NCBI GenBank assembly: GCA_038087875.1
Contig: CM075999.1
Location: 124,001-188,000, forward strand
Length of the DNA: 64,000 bases
Origin: Malacoraja senta
Lineage: Eukaryota
Direction of reading: 5' to 3'
Part shown: positions 38,489 to 50,655 of the stretch, in pieces
How the letters are laid out: the number at the start of each line of letters is the position of its first letter
Position numbering within the stretch: position 1 is the stretch's first letter
The notes under the pieces: model-generated
What the model saw: only the letters and a program-made list of their open reading frames with translations
Databases searched by the model: none
What the model was told of the DNA's origin: nothing
Made by a program: the position numbers and the translations under genes

Positions 38489-40130
38489 AAGGTTGATTGA
38501 TTTATTTGTGCAGAACAGTGATGGAAGTCTGACGTTTGCTTTGTTTCTCTGAGTTTTTCTCTCTCTATATATATATACATAACAGCATGAATATAATCTG
38601 ATTTCCATATATGAATACAGTCATTCATGTGCTGCACCTGTTGATCAGAGCGTGGCTCTATTGTGGAATGTAATTAGGAATGTAATTTAGCCTAACCTTA
38701 TTCATACCTAATCCAATTTAAAGCATAAATGTTGCTTTCAAATGCAAGTTAAAAGACTCGCTACAGTACGCACCAGATTGCACAATTTCAAGCTGAAAAA
38801 TGCAAAAGCTCCCTACCGTGGAAGAGGGAACACCCCCCTTCCACACCCTCCCCCCCCCCCCCCGGTCGCTATGCTCCCTCGTAATTTCTCACTCTCAACT
38901 CTCACCCAATGTTGGCAGCCCTGTGAGTGAGTGACAATGGCTAGAGGTGAAAAGGAGGCAAAAGGGTGCTGCCATGGGTGGTGGTGGAGGTAGATATGAT
39001 AATGGCATTTAAGAGGCTTTTAGGTGGGAACATGGATATGCAAGGAACGGAGGGATATAGATTACTTGCAGGTGATAGAAAGTGCTGATCTGTGATGTTA
39101 GACTTCTTCTCTGTCCATATTTCCCGTCTCCCTGAGTAATTTCAACATTTCCTACTTTTATTTTAGGAGATTAATTTATCTTGGCACCATTGTGGGCACG
39201 TTGTAGGCCGAAGGGCCTGTTCCTGTCCTGTTCTATGTTTGCATAAGGAACCGCAGATGCTGATTTATGAGAGGGAAAAAATACAAAGTGCTGGAGTAAC
39301 TCAGCAGGTCAGGCAGCATCTCTAGAGTACATGGATAGTTCCATATTTGACATTTTGCTTAAAATTATTTATTTTCCCTCTTTTAAAAAAAAATAATAGT
39401 TTATCTCAGCATCATGTTTGGCATGGCCATTGTGGGTCGAAGGGCCTGTTCCTGTGCTGCACTGTTATATGTTCTATGTTCTCGTTCTGTGCATTTTAGC
39501 CTGCAGGTCAATCCCAGCCCTCTATATTTTGAAGACCAGTGAGGCTAACAGATTGGTGCTGCCTTTAACATGTTAGCACAGTGGTCTCTGATCCTACACA
39601 TGAGGATCACAGGCGCCTATTGATCACAAATCTACTTCCATTTTAGTAGTTAAATTGATTCACTCACACATATCAAAGCACACGGACTTAAAGGAAGAGA
39701 CAAGCTACAAAAATATCAATCAGGATCACAAACGGCTTCCTCCCATAAGGCGTAATAGTAAACTGATTGCCAATGTGACAAGGCAATTTCCCCTAGCTTT
39801 TCCCAATAACCCCCTACGTTTTATGTGAGGAAGGTAAACTTTCAGCACTTGTTATTGATGTTAAAAACAAACTTAGAAACTTTCTATCAAAACCGCATAA
39901 AGTGCTGCAATCGATTGCAGAACAACAATTAATTAAAAACATGTTTTTCAATTAAAACTAATTTAAAAAATAATTCAATTTTTGTAATGAGACCTGGAAA
40001 AATATATTGTTATTTTTTCAAGTTGGTTTAGCTTGATATTCACCGGATTAGTGAAGAAAAGGGTAACAAGAACATTATTTTACTTTATCAAGAGATGGTT
40101 ATCGATTACAAAGAGTAAACATACCATTGA

Positions 40131-40684
40131 TAGAAACATAGAAACATAGAAATTAGGTGCAGGAGTAGGCCATTCGGCCCTTCGAGCCTGCACCGCCATT
40201 CAATATGATCATGGCTGATCATCCAACTCAGTATCCCGTACCTGCCTTCTCTCCATACCCTCTGATCCCTTTAGCCACAAGGGCCACATCTAACTCCCTC
40301 TTAAATATAGCCAATGAACTGGCCTCGACTACCCTCTGTGGCAGAGAGTTCCAGAGATTCACTACTCTCTGTGTGAAAAAAGTTCTTCTCATCTCGGTTT
40401 TAAAGGATTTCCCCCTTATCCTTAAACTGTGACCCCTTGTCCTGGACTTCCCCAACATCGGGAGCAATCTTCCTGCATCTAGCCTGTCCAACCCCTTAAG
40501 AATTTTGTACGTTTCTATAAGATCCCCTCTCAATCTCCTAAATTCTAGAGAGTATAAACCAAGTCTATCCAGTCTTTTTTCATAAGACAGTCCTGACATC
40601 CCAGGAATCAGTCTGGTGAACCTTCTCTGCACTCCCTCTATGGCAATAATGTCCTTCCTCAGATTTGGAGACCAAAACTGTACG
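40131..40684 (-). mobile_element. Young CR1, 5'-truncated
   Basis: ORF 40228-40701 matches the ORF2 C-terminus; TSD ttgataga at 40127-40134 and 40685-40692. Confidence 0.95.
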
Positions 40685-40907
40685 TTGATAGATATGAACA
40701 CTTATTGAAAATAAAGCACGTAAATAGGTGGTCAGAATTTTCATACAGAGACATCGTAATGAGAAAGAACCTACTAGATTTGTGTGCAATGGGGTGCCCA
40801 GAATTGCATGCAGCACTCCAAATGTGGCCTAAACAAATTCCTATAAAATGCAATATTAATATATGCAATTAAAATAAGGTCCCAGCCGGCCCAACCTCCC
40901 CCTATAT

Positions 40908-41232
40908 TTTAGTGTTTAGTTTAGTTTAGAGATACAGCACAGAAACAGACCCTTCGGCCCACCGAGTCCGAACCGACCAGCGATCCCTGCACATTAACAC
41001 TATCCTACACTAGGGACAATTTTTACATTTATACCAAGCCAATTAACCTACAAACCTGCATGTCCTTGGAGTGTGGGAGGAAACCCAAGTTCTCGGAGAA
41101 AACTCACACAGGTCACGGGGAGAAAGTACAAATTCCGTACAGACAAACACCCATGGCCAAGATCGAACCCGGGTCTCTGGCACTGTAAGCGCTGTAAGGC
41201 ATCAACTCTACCGCTGCGCCACTGTGATGCCC
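40908..41232 (-). mobile_element. HE1/V-SINE-type SINE
   Basis: Well-preserved reverse copy with A/B boxes (gtggcgcagcgg, ggttcgatc) and (taaac)n tail. Confidence 0.9.
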
Positions 41233-42868
41233 TAAACTCAGGCACACAAGTCCTGGCATCAACCTCGAAAGATAAGTTTTTGGAAGTGGCATCAAAACAT
41301 GTGTAGCAAGAGGGTGGGTGACTGTGCAATAAAGGTTTGAATGGTTTTGAACAGCACCAAACATGTCTTCAAATAGCGTCACCCACAGATGAGCTCAATT
41401 TATTATGATCAGTGTGTTCCATGCCCCTTTAAACCTCAGCACGTTTGAACATGAGGTTTTGTTTCATCTACTTATCAGGGTGTGGGTGTCAGTAACTCTA
41501 TCTAATCCCAGTCAAACATCACATTCATGCCTTTAGGTTACCACCTCCAAGATTTCTTTACAAATATTGGACCAAATATTCATTTATTATTCATCAGTAA
41601 TTTGAGAGAACATCTCCAAGTGCAGCAATTGGCCAGATGTCAGGTCCGATTTGTTTTAAATTATTCTAATTGGGTTATTATATAGACAGGTGTTACATGG
41701 AGTTAGGGTTGCGGGGAAATTAATATCTCCAAGGATGACGGGAGTTAGGAAGTAGGGTAAGGGCCGTGAACAGTCTTGGTGTGCTGCTGAGCCAAAGTGA
41801 ATGAAGATAATAACATTTAAAAGACATTTGGACAGTTACATGGATAGGAATGGTTTAGAGGGATCTGGGCCAAATGTGGGCAGGTGGGACTAGTATAGAA
41901 GAGACAACTTGGCCAGCATGTGCAAATTGGGCTGAAGGACCCGTTTCCATGTTGTATGACCCTATGGCCTATCATTCCTTTCCCTCTCTGCCTCTCCATC
42001 TGAAATGGGGCTTGTTCCCATGCAGTATGGCTCAATGATTCTATAACTAAGACTTTAGCAGGAGTGCAAGAGGAGAAGGGATAATTTTGCAGCGATGTAC
42101 AAGATCATGAGCAGAATTGATAGACTAGATGCACTGACTTTGCTATGAACAATGGACTATCTTTGGTTGTACTAAGGGTTTTGTACATTTTGCATTAGTA
42201 TGTTATTGATTTTTGAGTCTTCATGATTTTAACGCCTCGCTTGAGTCTTCTATCTTTGGAAATTGTGTTCTAATTCACAGATGTGAATCCCACACTCTAA
42301 AGATGTACAGGTTTGTAAGTTAATTGGCTTGGTACAATTGTAAATTGTCCCTAGTGTTTATAGGGTATTGTTAATGTGCGTGGATTACTGGTCGGTGCGG
42401 ACTCAGTGGGCCGAAGGCCTGTTTCCGTGCTGTATCTCTAAACTAAACTAAACTAAACTTGCTGTAGCTTTGACTTGTATTTAAATTGGAAATTGCATGT
42501 TTGTAGGTTAATTGGCCTCTGGAAAATTGCCGCTAGTGAGTAGAGAGTCGATGAGAAAGTAGGATAACGTAGAACTAGTAGGAATGGGTGATTGATTTGT
42601 CAGTGTGGACTTGGTGGGCCGAAGGGCCTATTTTCATGCTGTATCTCCAAAATAAAGCAGTTAAAATTTTCATTTTATAAACACAGCTCAGAAAGACACA
42701 CGATTCCCACTTGTGTTTCTTTTTTTTTGTCCCTTTAAGAAACGTGAGATTATTCCAATCATGGATTAATTTGCATGCAGGCTTGGTATCAAGATCGCTC
42801 CCAGGAGGAGGCAGACATCCAACAGGTCTGACCACAGCTGACTACAACATGGCAAAATGTCTCAGCTG

Positions 42869-43086
42869 AACATATCACAAAGTGCTGGAGGAACTCAACG
42901 GGTCAGGTAGCATCTGTGCAGGGAATGAACAGATGACGTTTCGGTCAGACCCTTCTTCTGACTGAGTCATGCATCATGACCCACAAGGTCACCTCTTCCA
43001 TTCCCTCCAGATGCTGTCTGACCTACTGTGTTACACCAGCACTTTGTGTTTTGCTCAAGATTCCAGCATCTGTAGTTCCTTCTGTC
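42869..43086. mobile_element. Palindromic Penelope pLTR pair
   Basis: Inverted pLTRs; TSD tctcagctg at 42860-42868 and 43087-43095. Confidence 0.7.
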
Positions 43087-43334
43087 TCTCAGCTGCTCCT
43101 ATTGAGTTTTTGACAAGATTAGCATGTTTTGTTTCTTGACGAGGTTTTTACATCTCCCCAGTTCCACGTCACTGCTGCCCTTTCTTTACTCTGGTGTGAA
43201 TTATCTGCCTGACATTTAATTTGGGTAAATCACTTCCTCACCGATTCAAAAATTTGTTTCCCATCTGCTTTACATGTCAATCTCTTTAGACTTGCCCTTG
43301 GGTTTTCCATTCTGATCAGTAGCCATCAGTTAAT

Positions 43335-43670
43335 GGAAGCTGGTAGCATGGTGGTTGTTACTGGATTGACAGCTAGAATCCTGAACCATCTCTCCAAGGA
43401 GATGAGTTCGAATACCACCATGGCAGCTGTGGTTTTCAAACTTAATTAAATCCTTTTGAGGTTAAAATGTTAACTCATTAACAATAACCATGAAACTATT
43501 GTGTTGTAAAAATACATCGAATTCACAGAGGGAGAGAAATCTGCCATCTTCACTTGGCCTATACGTGACTCCAGACTCAGCACTGTGGTTGACTCAAAAT
43601 TGCCTCTTCATGCGAAGGCAGTAGCGAACCAGCGCTGGTGGTACCCGCACCCAGTGAAAGAATAAAAAAA
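43335..43670 (+). mobile_element. Old tRNA-derived SINE distinct from HE1
   Basis: B-box-like gagttcgaatacc, body gtgactccagac..gtggttgactc, A-rich end; possible reverse relic at ~3930-4110. Confidence 0.55.
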
Positions 43671-43762
43671 ACACAACATCTATCCAGAATGCTTCTGAAG
43701 CCTGGGGTCAGAAGCCTTCCCTAAGACCTATTGGAGTTACAGAGTCATAGACCAGCAGAGTT

Positions 43763-43997
43763 AGGGCAGCAAAGTGGCGCAGTGGGTAGAGCTGCTGCCT
43801 CACAGTGCCAGAGACCTGTGTTCAACCCTGACGTTGGGTGCTGATTGTGTGGAGTTTGCACGTTCTCCCTGTGACCACGCAAGTTTCATAGTATTAGTGC
43901 GAGCGGGTGATCAATGGTCGGCGTGGACCCGGTGGGCCGAAGGGCCTGTTTCCATGCTGTATCTCGAAAACTAAAACTAAACTAGAATAAACTAAAC
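43763..43997 (+). mobile_element. HE1/V-SINE-type SINE, internally deleted
   Basis: Head and tail present, V-domain missing. Confidence 0.8.
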
Positions 43998-44587
43998 TTT
44001 ATGGAAATGGTCAAGTTAATGACCTAGTAGAGATTGATTCGGTAGAATACAAAGTGTGAAGTTAATGGGTTTATGATAGAGAGGAAGGCATTAATGAAAT
44101 CCCACAAGATCTGTGGTGAGGCCTCAATTATTCCCAGTCTTATCCTTAATGTACAATGCAACATAAAGACCTATTCAAATGTGTTAAGAATGCCGACATC
44201 CGACTTGATGGGAGCATAAAATGGCTGTGAAGAATTGACAATGCAGATGGGGAATAGCTCTTTATAAACGTACACAAAGGCTATAAAAAACATATTGAAT
44301 ACATATAAATGCATTTGATGGGAAAATCATCTTCTCCTTGCAAAATAAGTGTCTATGTGGGTGGAATATCTATGGGTACCTTTACAAAGGGTCCAGGAAT
44401 GAATGGTTCTGAGGTTCATTTCTGAAGGAATTGAATTGAAAAGCAAGGTCGTGTTTCTGATAGATACAGGATCTATATGACTCATTTGGCCTTAAATGGA
44501 GAAGTACCAAGTGCATTTTAACAGAGTGAATGGTTGAAAGGAGCTAGTAATATAGTCAATGTGTTATAGTCAGTGCAATTGGTAAAT

Positions 44588-46222
44588 TTAGAAACATAGA
44601 AAATAGGCGCAGGAGGAGGCCATTTGGCCCTTCGAGCCAGCATTGCCATTCATTATGATCATGGCTGATTATCCACAATCAGTAACCCGTGCCTGCCTTC
44701 TCCCCATTTCCCTTGATTCCGCTAGCCCCTAGAGCTCTATCAAACTCTATTTTAAATTCATCCAGTGAATTGGCCTTCACTGCCTTCTGTGGCAGAGAAT
44801 TCCACAAATTCACAACTCCCTGGGTGAAATTTTTTTTTCTCATCAGTTTTAAACGGCCTCCCCTTTGTTCTTAGACCATTGCCCCCTGGTTCTGGACTCC
44901 CCCAACATTGGGAACAATTTTCCTGCATCTAGCTTGTCCAGTCCTTTTATACTTTTATACCTTTCTATAAGATATCCTCTCATCCTTCTAAATTCCAGTG
45001 AATACAAGCCCAGTCTTTCCTCATATGACAGTCCCGCCATCCTGGGGATTAACCTCGTGAACCTACGCTGCACTGCCTAAATAGCAAGGATGTCCTTCCT
45101 CAAATTAGACCAAAACTGCACACAATGCTCAAGATGTGGTCTCACCAGGGCCCTGTACAACTGCAGAAGGACCTCTTTGCTCCTATGCTCAAATCCTCTT
45201 GTTATGAAGGCCAACATGCCATTAGCTTTCTTCAATGCCTGCTGTACCTGTAGGTTTACTTTCAGTGATTGGTGTACAAGGACACTCAGGTCTTGTTGCA
45301 CTTCCCTTTTTCCTAATCCGACAGCATTGAGATAATAATCTGCCTCCTTGTTCTTGCTGTGAAAGTGGATAACCTCACATTTATCTATGTACATTATACT
45401 GCATCTGTCATGCATCTGCCACTCACACAACCTGTCTAAGTCACTCTGCAACCTCCTAGCATCCTCTTTGCAGTTCACACTGCCACGCACCTTTGTGTCA
45501 TCTGCAAATTTGCTAGTGTTACTTTTAATTCCATCATCTAAATTAATATATATTGTAAATAGTTGCGGCCCCAGCATCGAGCCTTGCGGCATTCCACTCG
45601 CCACTGCCTGCCATTCTGACAGGGACCCGTTTATTCCTACTCTTTGTTTCCTGTCTGCCACCCAATTCTCTATCCATGTCAATCCCCTCCCCTCAATACC
45701 ATGGGCTCTAATTGTGCCCACCAATCTCTTGTGTGGGACCTTATCAAAGGTTTTCTGAAAGTTCAGATACACCACATCCACTGGCTCTCCTTCATCCATT
45801 TTACTTGTCACATCCTCAAAAAATTCCAGAAGATTAATCAAACAGGATTTCCCCTTCATAAATCCATGCTGATTTGGACCAATCCTTTTATTGCTATCCA
45901 AATGCGCCATTATTACTTCTTTAATAATTGACTCCAGCATCTACCCCACCACTGATATCGAGCTAACTGGTTTATAATTCCCCGTTTTCTCCCTTTTTCC
46001 TTTTTTGAAAAGTGGGATAACATTAGCTACCCTCCAATCCACAGGAACTGATCCTGAACCTATAGAACATTGGAAAATAATCACCAATGCATCCACAATT
46101 TCTAGAGCCACCTCCTTGAGTATCCTGGGATGCAGACCATCAGGCCCTGAAATTTATCAGCCTTCAGTCCCATCAGTCTACCCGATACTATTTCTCGCCT
46201 AATGCAAATTTCTTTCAGTTCC
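44588..46222 (-). mobile_element. CR1 LINE with disrupted RT domain
   Basis: ORFs 45077-45940 (QHGFMKGKSC...PQGSMLGP...FADD) and 44849-45073; 3'UTR. Confidence 0.95.
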
Positions 46223-47934
46223 TCTGTCTCCCTAGATCCTCTTCGATCACGGTTCTTTTAAACTTCTCTTTAATTGCAACTCCAATAATTGACAAGTGTG
46301 GCAGGCCAGTCTTTTCCATGCAAAGTCCCCAGTGTCACCATCAATAGGGTTGTCCTGCTGTTGTTTCTGGTGTTCTTGGATCATGATATCAGTTAAACAT
46401 AGTTACAGGACTCTTGTGACATCTAATGCAACAGCAAAGGAACCAATATAAATGATTCAACCTGGGCAGGAAAGCCCACAATGTCTGTGCGAAACTTGAT
46501 ACCAAGTTAAACTCACCTCCTCTGCCTGCCCATGATCTCTATATCCACCATCCATGCATGTCCATGTGCTATCTCCATCATCACGTTCCTGGCACCCACA
46601 TCTCCCTGTGTATGTAGAAAAACTTGCCCCGCACATCTCCTTTATACATTGCAGCGCTCACCACGAACTTATGCCCGCAAGTCTTTGACATTTCCACTGC
46701 AGACATGCAGCAGAGCTCCAGAAACATCCTGGCTGACTCTACTTGTTGAGCTTTCTGCAAGGTTCAGTCAACCTCTAGCATCAAGTGGAAGCTGTATCTG
46801 AAGTGATCAAGTTTGACTGTGCATACAATGCTCTTTGGTACAGTGTGTACAGAATGGGTATTATGTACTATGGACTTGGTTTTTTTCTAATTATGTTTTT
46901 GCACCAAAATCTCATTTTCTGTACAGTCTGCATGGAAGCCTGCACTGCCACAGGCGGAACGGCAAACACACCGCACAGACAGCAGTGGAGGGGTCATACC
47001 CAGGTTGCTGGAGTGCAGTGAGGCAGCAACTCCATAGCTGTGCCATTGTGTCACCTAGGTCAGTGGTAAAGCTGCCTTCTACACCAGCTACAAACTAATG
47101 CACTCCTTGTTGTGCCTCATTGCTGGTAATATTCAGTCTGCACTAACAACACAACACATAACCAGCCAAGTGGTAAGCAACTCATTACAAAGCTGTGAAT
47201 GCGCTGTCTTCACTAATGAGTGCAATTTAATATTAATGATATTCTAAATCCTCTTCATTTGTCAGGAAACAAGTGAAAGATTTTGTAAATTTAATGTAAC
47301 ATAATTAATCGGGAAAGCTATTTACTTCATTTTTTCCCCTTCAAGGTGCCTGCCATTTCACTGTAATGTTATGAATATAGTGAATTACATGAAAACAAAA
47401 ATAGATCAAAATAGTTGATGCCCACATGGCTCGATCAGTAATCTTTTATCTACCTTCCTGCCTGTTCAAGTGAGATTACAAGCCATCACTACATTGCATA
47501 AAAAAACTTCTCTTTTGCAGTCTGCAGAAGTCTACCTAAGCTTTAAAATATCCTTCAAGGCGGTGAGTAAAAATTGCTTTATAAATCTGTACATCCACCT
47601 TAATCTCTTAACAGCAGCAGAGATCAGACAACTCATAAGCAAAGGGAGTGCTATTAATTGAACAACTCATTCTACAAAGCAGTGCCAAAAAGAATTACAT
47701 TTGCAATAATCAAAATGGGTTCAGGGAACACAATGGCAAATGAATATCAGCAAAGCCGCAGATAAGAAAGGGAGCTTGCACTTTAATCTTGACTGACAAC
47801 GTGAAGTTAGGCAGTATCTCAGAGTTGATAATGTTTTAAGAAACTCCCCTGAGCCCACAATAGTAAACTCTAAGCTCCCATTAATGAAGTTATTGGATCG
47901 GATATTCTGCCTCCTCAGGGTTCGATTGGTTGAA

Positions 47935-48300
47935 TTGATTGAAAGATGCAGCATGGAAACAGGCCCTTTGGCCAATCAAATCCATGCTGTCCATCGATCA
48001 ACCATTCACTGAAGATAGACACAAATGCTGGAGTAACTCAGCCGACAGACAGCATCTCTGAATAGAAGGAATGCAGTTCTATGTTATCCCACTTTCTCAC
48101 CCACTCCCTACACAAGAGGGACAAGTTATGGAGGCCAATTAGCCTACAAACCCGCACGTCTTTGGTATGTGGGAGGAAACCAGAGCACCCGAAGGAAACC
48201 ACGTCATCACAGGAAGAATGCGCAAACTCCCCAAAGGCAGCATCTGAGGTCTGGATGGAGCTCGAGTCCCTGACACTGTGAGGCAGTGGCTCTACCACCA
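47935..48300 (-). mobile_element. HE1/V-SINE-type SINE interrupted by a pLTR fragment
   Basis: Reverse SINE with a Penelope fragment at ~48010-48075. Confidence 0.8.
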
Positions 48301-48455
48301 ATGGGCTGAGACCAGCCCTCAGACCGTCGGTCCACGTTCACAAGTTACAGAAGTAGAATTAGACCATTCGGCCCATCGAGTCTACTCCGCCATTCAATCA
48401 TGGCTGATCTCTGCCTCCTAATCCCATTTTCCTGCCTTCTCCTCATAACCAGCCC

Positions 48456-49194
48456 TGGGAGATGCAGCGAGACCTGGGTGTCATGGTACACCAGTCATTG
48501 AAAGTAGGCATGCAGGTGCAGCAGGCAGTGAAGAAAGCGAATGGTATGTTAGCTTTCATAGCAAAAGGATTTGAGTATAGGAGCAGGGAGGTTCTACTGC
48601 AGTTGTACAGGGTCTTGGTGAGACCACACCTGAGTATTGCGTACAGTTTTGGTCTCCAAATCTGAGAAGGACATTATTGCCATAGAGGAGTGCAGAGAGA
48701 GGTTCACCAGACTGATTCCTGGGATGTCAGGACTGTCTTATGAAGAAAGACTGGATAGACTTGGTTTATACTCTCTAGAATTTAGGAGATTGAGAGGGGA
48801 TCTTATAGAAACTTACAAAATTCTTAAGGGGTTGGACAGGCTAGATGCAGGGAAGATTGCTCCCGATGTGGGGAAGTCCAGGACAAGGGGTCACAGCTTA
48901 AGGATAAGGGGGAAATCCTTTACAACCGAGATGAGAAGAACTTTTTTCACACAGAGAGTGGTGAATCTCTGGAACTCTCTGCCACAGAGGGTAGTCGAGG
49001 CCAGTTCATTGGCTATATTTAAGAGGGAGCTAGATGTGGCCCTTGTGGCTAAAGGGATCAGAGGGTATGGAGAGAAGGCAGGTACGGGATACTGAGTTGG
49101 ATGATCAGCCATGATCATATTGAATGGCGGTGCAGGCTCGAAGGGGCCGAATGGCCTACATCCTGCACCTATTTTCTATGTTTCTATGTTTCTA
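48456..49194 (+). mobile_element. Young CR1, 5'-truncated, inserted in an older CR1 3' end
   Basis: ORFs 48462-48665 and 48637-49095; ttctatgt tail; short taacc duplication. Confidence 0.93.
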
Positions 49195-49654
49195 ACCCTT
49201 GACACCCATTCGAATCAAGAATCGGTTGGGCATAGCACAGCGCTGTGTCATCTCACTGCCAATCCAACTGGCCAGAGGCACTCATAGAAAGATGCTTACA
49301 TCCCTCATGATCCATCACACCTCTCAAAGGTATTACTAAAGATTCTTTCTATCCTTGACATTCACATTCAGAAACAGTGGGAAACTATTCATAACTAATC
49401 AAATACTATAAAAAAAAAAGTAAAGCTTTTGTAATGCATTTTTATATCAATTGAAACATTAATAATACCCTCGCATTTATAAACAATTAAATACATTTCA
49501 ATACAATAGCATTGGTACCTGTGCCACTATCCGTGAGGCAAGAGCTGGAAGGACACAAAGTACTGGAGTAATCTAGCGGGCCAGGCAACGTCTCTGGAGA
49601 ACATGGATAGGTGTTGTTTCGGGTCAAGACCCTTTTTCAGACCCCTTCTTCAGA

Positions 49655-50655
49655 AATAGAAGGATAGTGCAGTTTAATATGTGTTTAAGGAGCTGCTGCA
49701 GAAGGGAGGGCTTCAGATATGGAACACAAAAGGTAGAACAGCGCAGCACAGGAACAGGCCCTTCAGTCCACAATGTCTGTGCTGAACACGATGCCAAGTT
49801 AAACCAAAGACACAAAGAGCAGGAGTAACTCAGTGGGTCAGGCAGTATCTGGAGAACATGGATAGACAATGTTTCGGGTCGGAACCCTTCTTCAGACTGA
49901 TTGTGGTGGAGGGTGGTGGAAAGAAAGCTGGAAGAGAGAGGGGCAGGACAGGACAAAGCCTGGCAAGTAATTGGTGGATAATCACAGAGGGGGAGCAGCA
50001 AGAGTGTCTCGCAGAAGTCGCGTCGCATTGAGAGCTTAGAAACATAGAAACATAGAAAATAGGTGCAGGAGTAGGCCATTCGGCCCTTCGAGCCTGCACC
50101 GCCATTCAATATGATCATGGCTGATCATCCAACTCAGTATCCTGTACCTGCTTTCTCTCCATACCCCCTGATCCCTTTAGCCACAAGGGCCACATCTAAC
50201 TCCCTCTTAAATATAGCCAATGAACTGGCCTCAACTACATTCTGTGGCAGAGAATTCCAGAGATTCACCACTCTCTGTGTAAAAAGCTTCTTGAAAGTTA
50301 TCATACCTGGAGGAGATTTTGCTGGAGAACAGTAAAGTGTAGACACAAATAACTGCAGATGCTTTTTTACAACAAAAAAAAGACACAAAGTGCTGGAGCA
50401 ACTCAGTGGGTCAGACAACATCTCTGTAGAACATGGGTAGGCAACGTTTTGTGTAAACCGGCACCTTCAGTCACCAAGTTAAACTAATCTCCTCTGCCTG
50501 CATGTGACCCATATACCTCCATTCCCTGCATAATTGGATCAATGGGCTTGCTTTCAGGGCAGGTGGGGTCTATACAAGAGGAATGGGTTGTACCTGAACT
50601 GGAGGGGGATCAATACCTTTGCAGGGCAGCTTGCTAGTGCTACTCGGGGGGGATT
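49655..50655 (+). mobile_element. CR1 ORF1 (SGNH esterase-like) relic split by nested insertions
   Basis: RIVQFNMCLRSCCRREGFRY (~49660-49720) continues as LDQWACFQGRWGLYKRNGLYLNWRGINTFAGQLA (~50534-50640). Confidence 0.6.
50038..50285 (-). mobile_element. Young CR1 3' end
   Basis: TQRVVNLWNSLPQ...GYGEKAGTGY and 3'UTR. Confidence 0.93.

Noticed and set aside
41150..41232. tRNA gene
   Set aside because: A/B boxes belong to a SINE head that continues into the V-domain and CR1-like tail.
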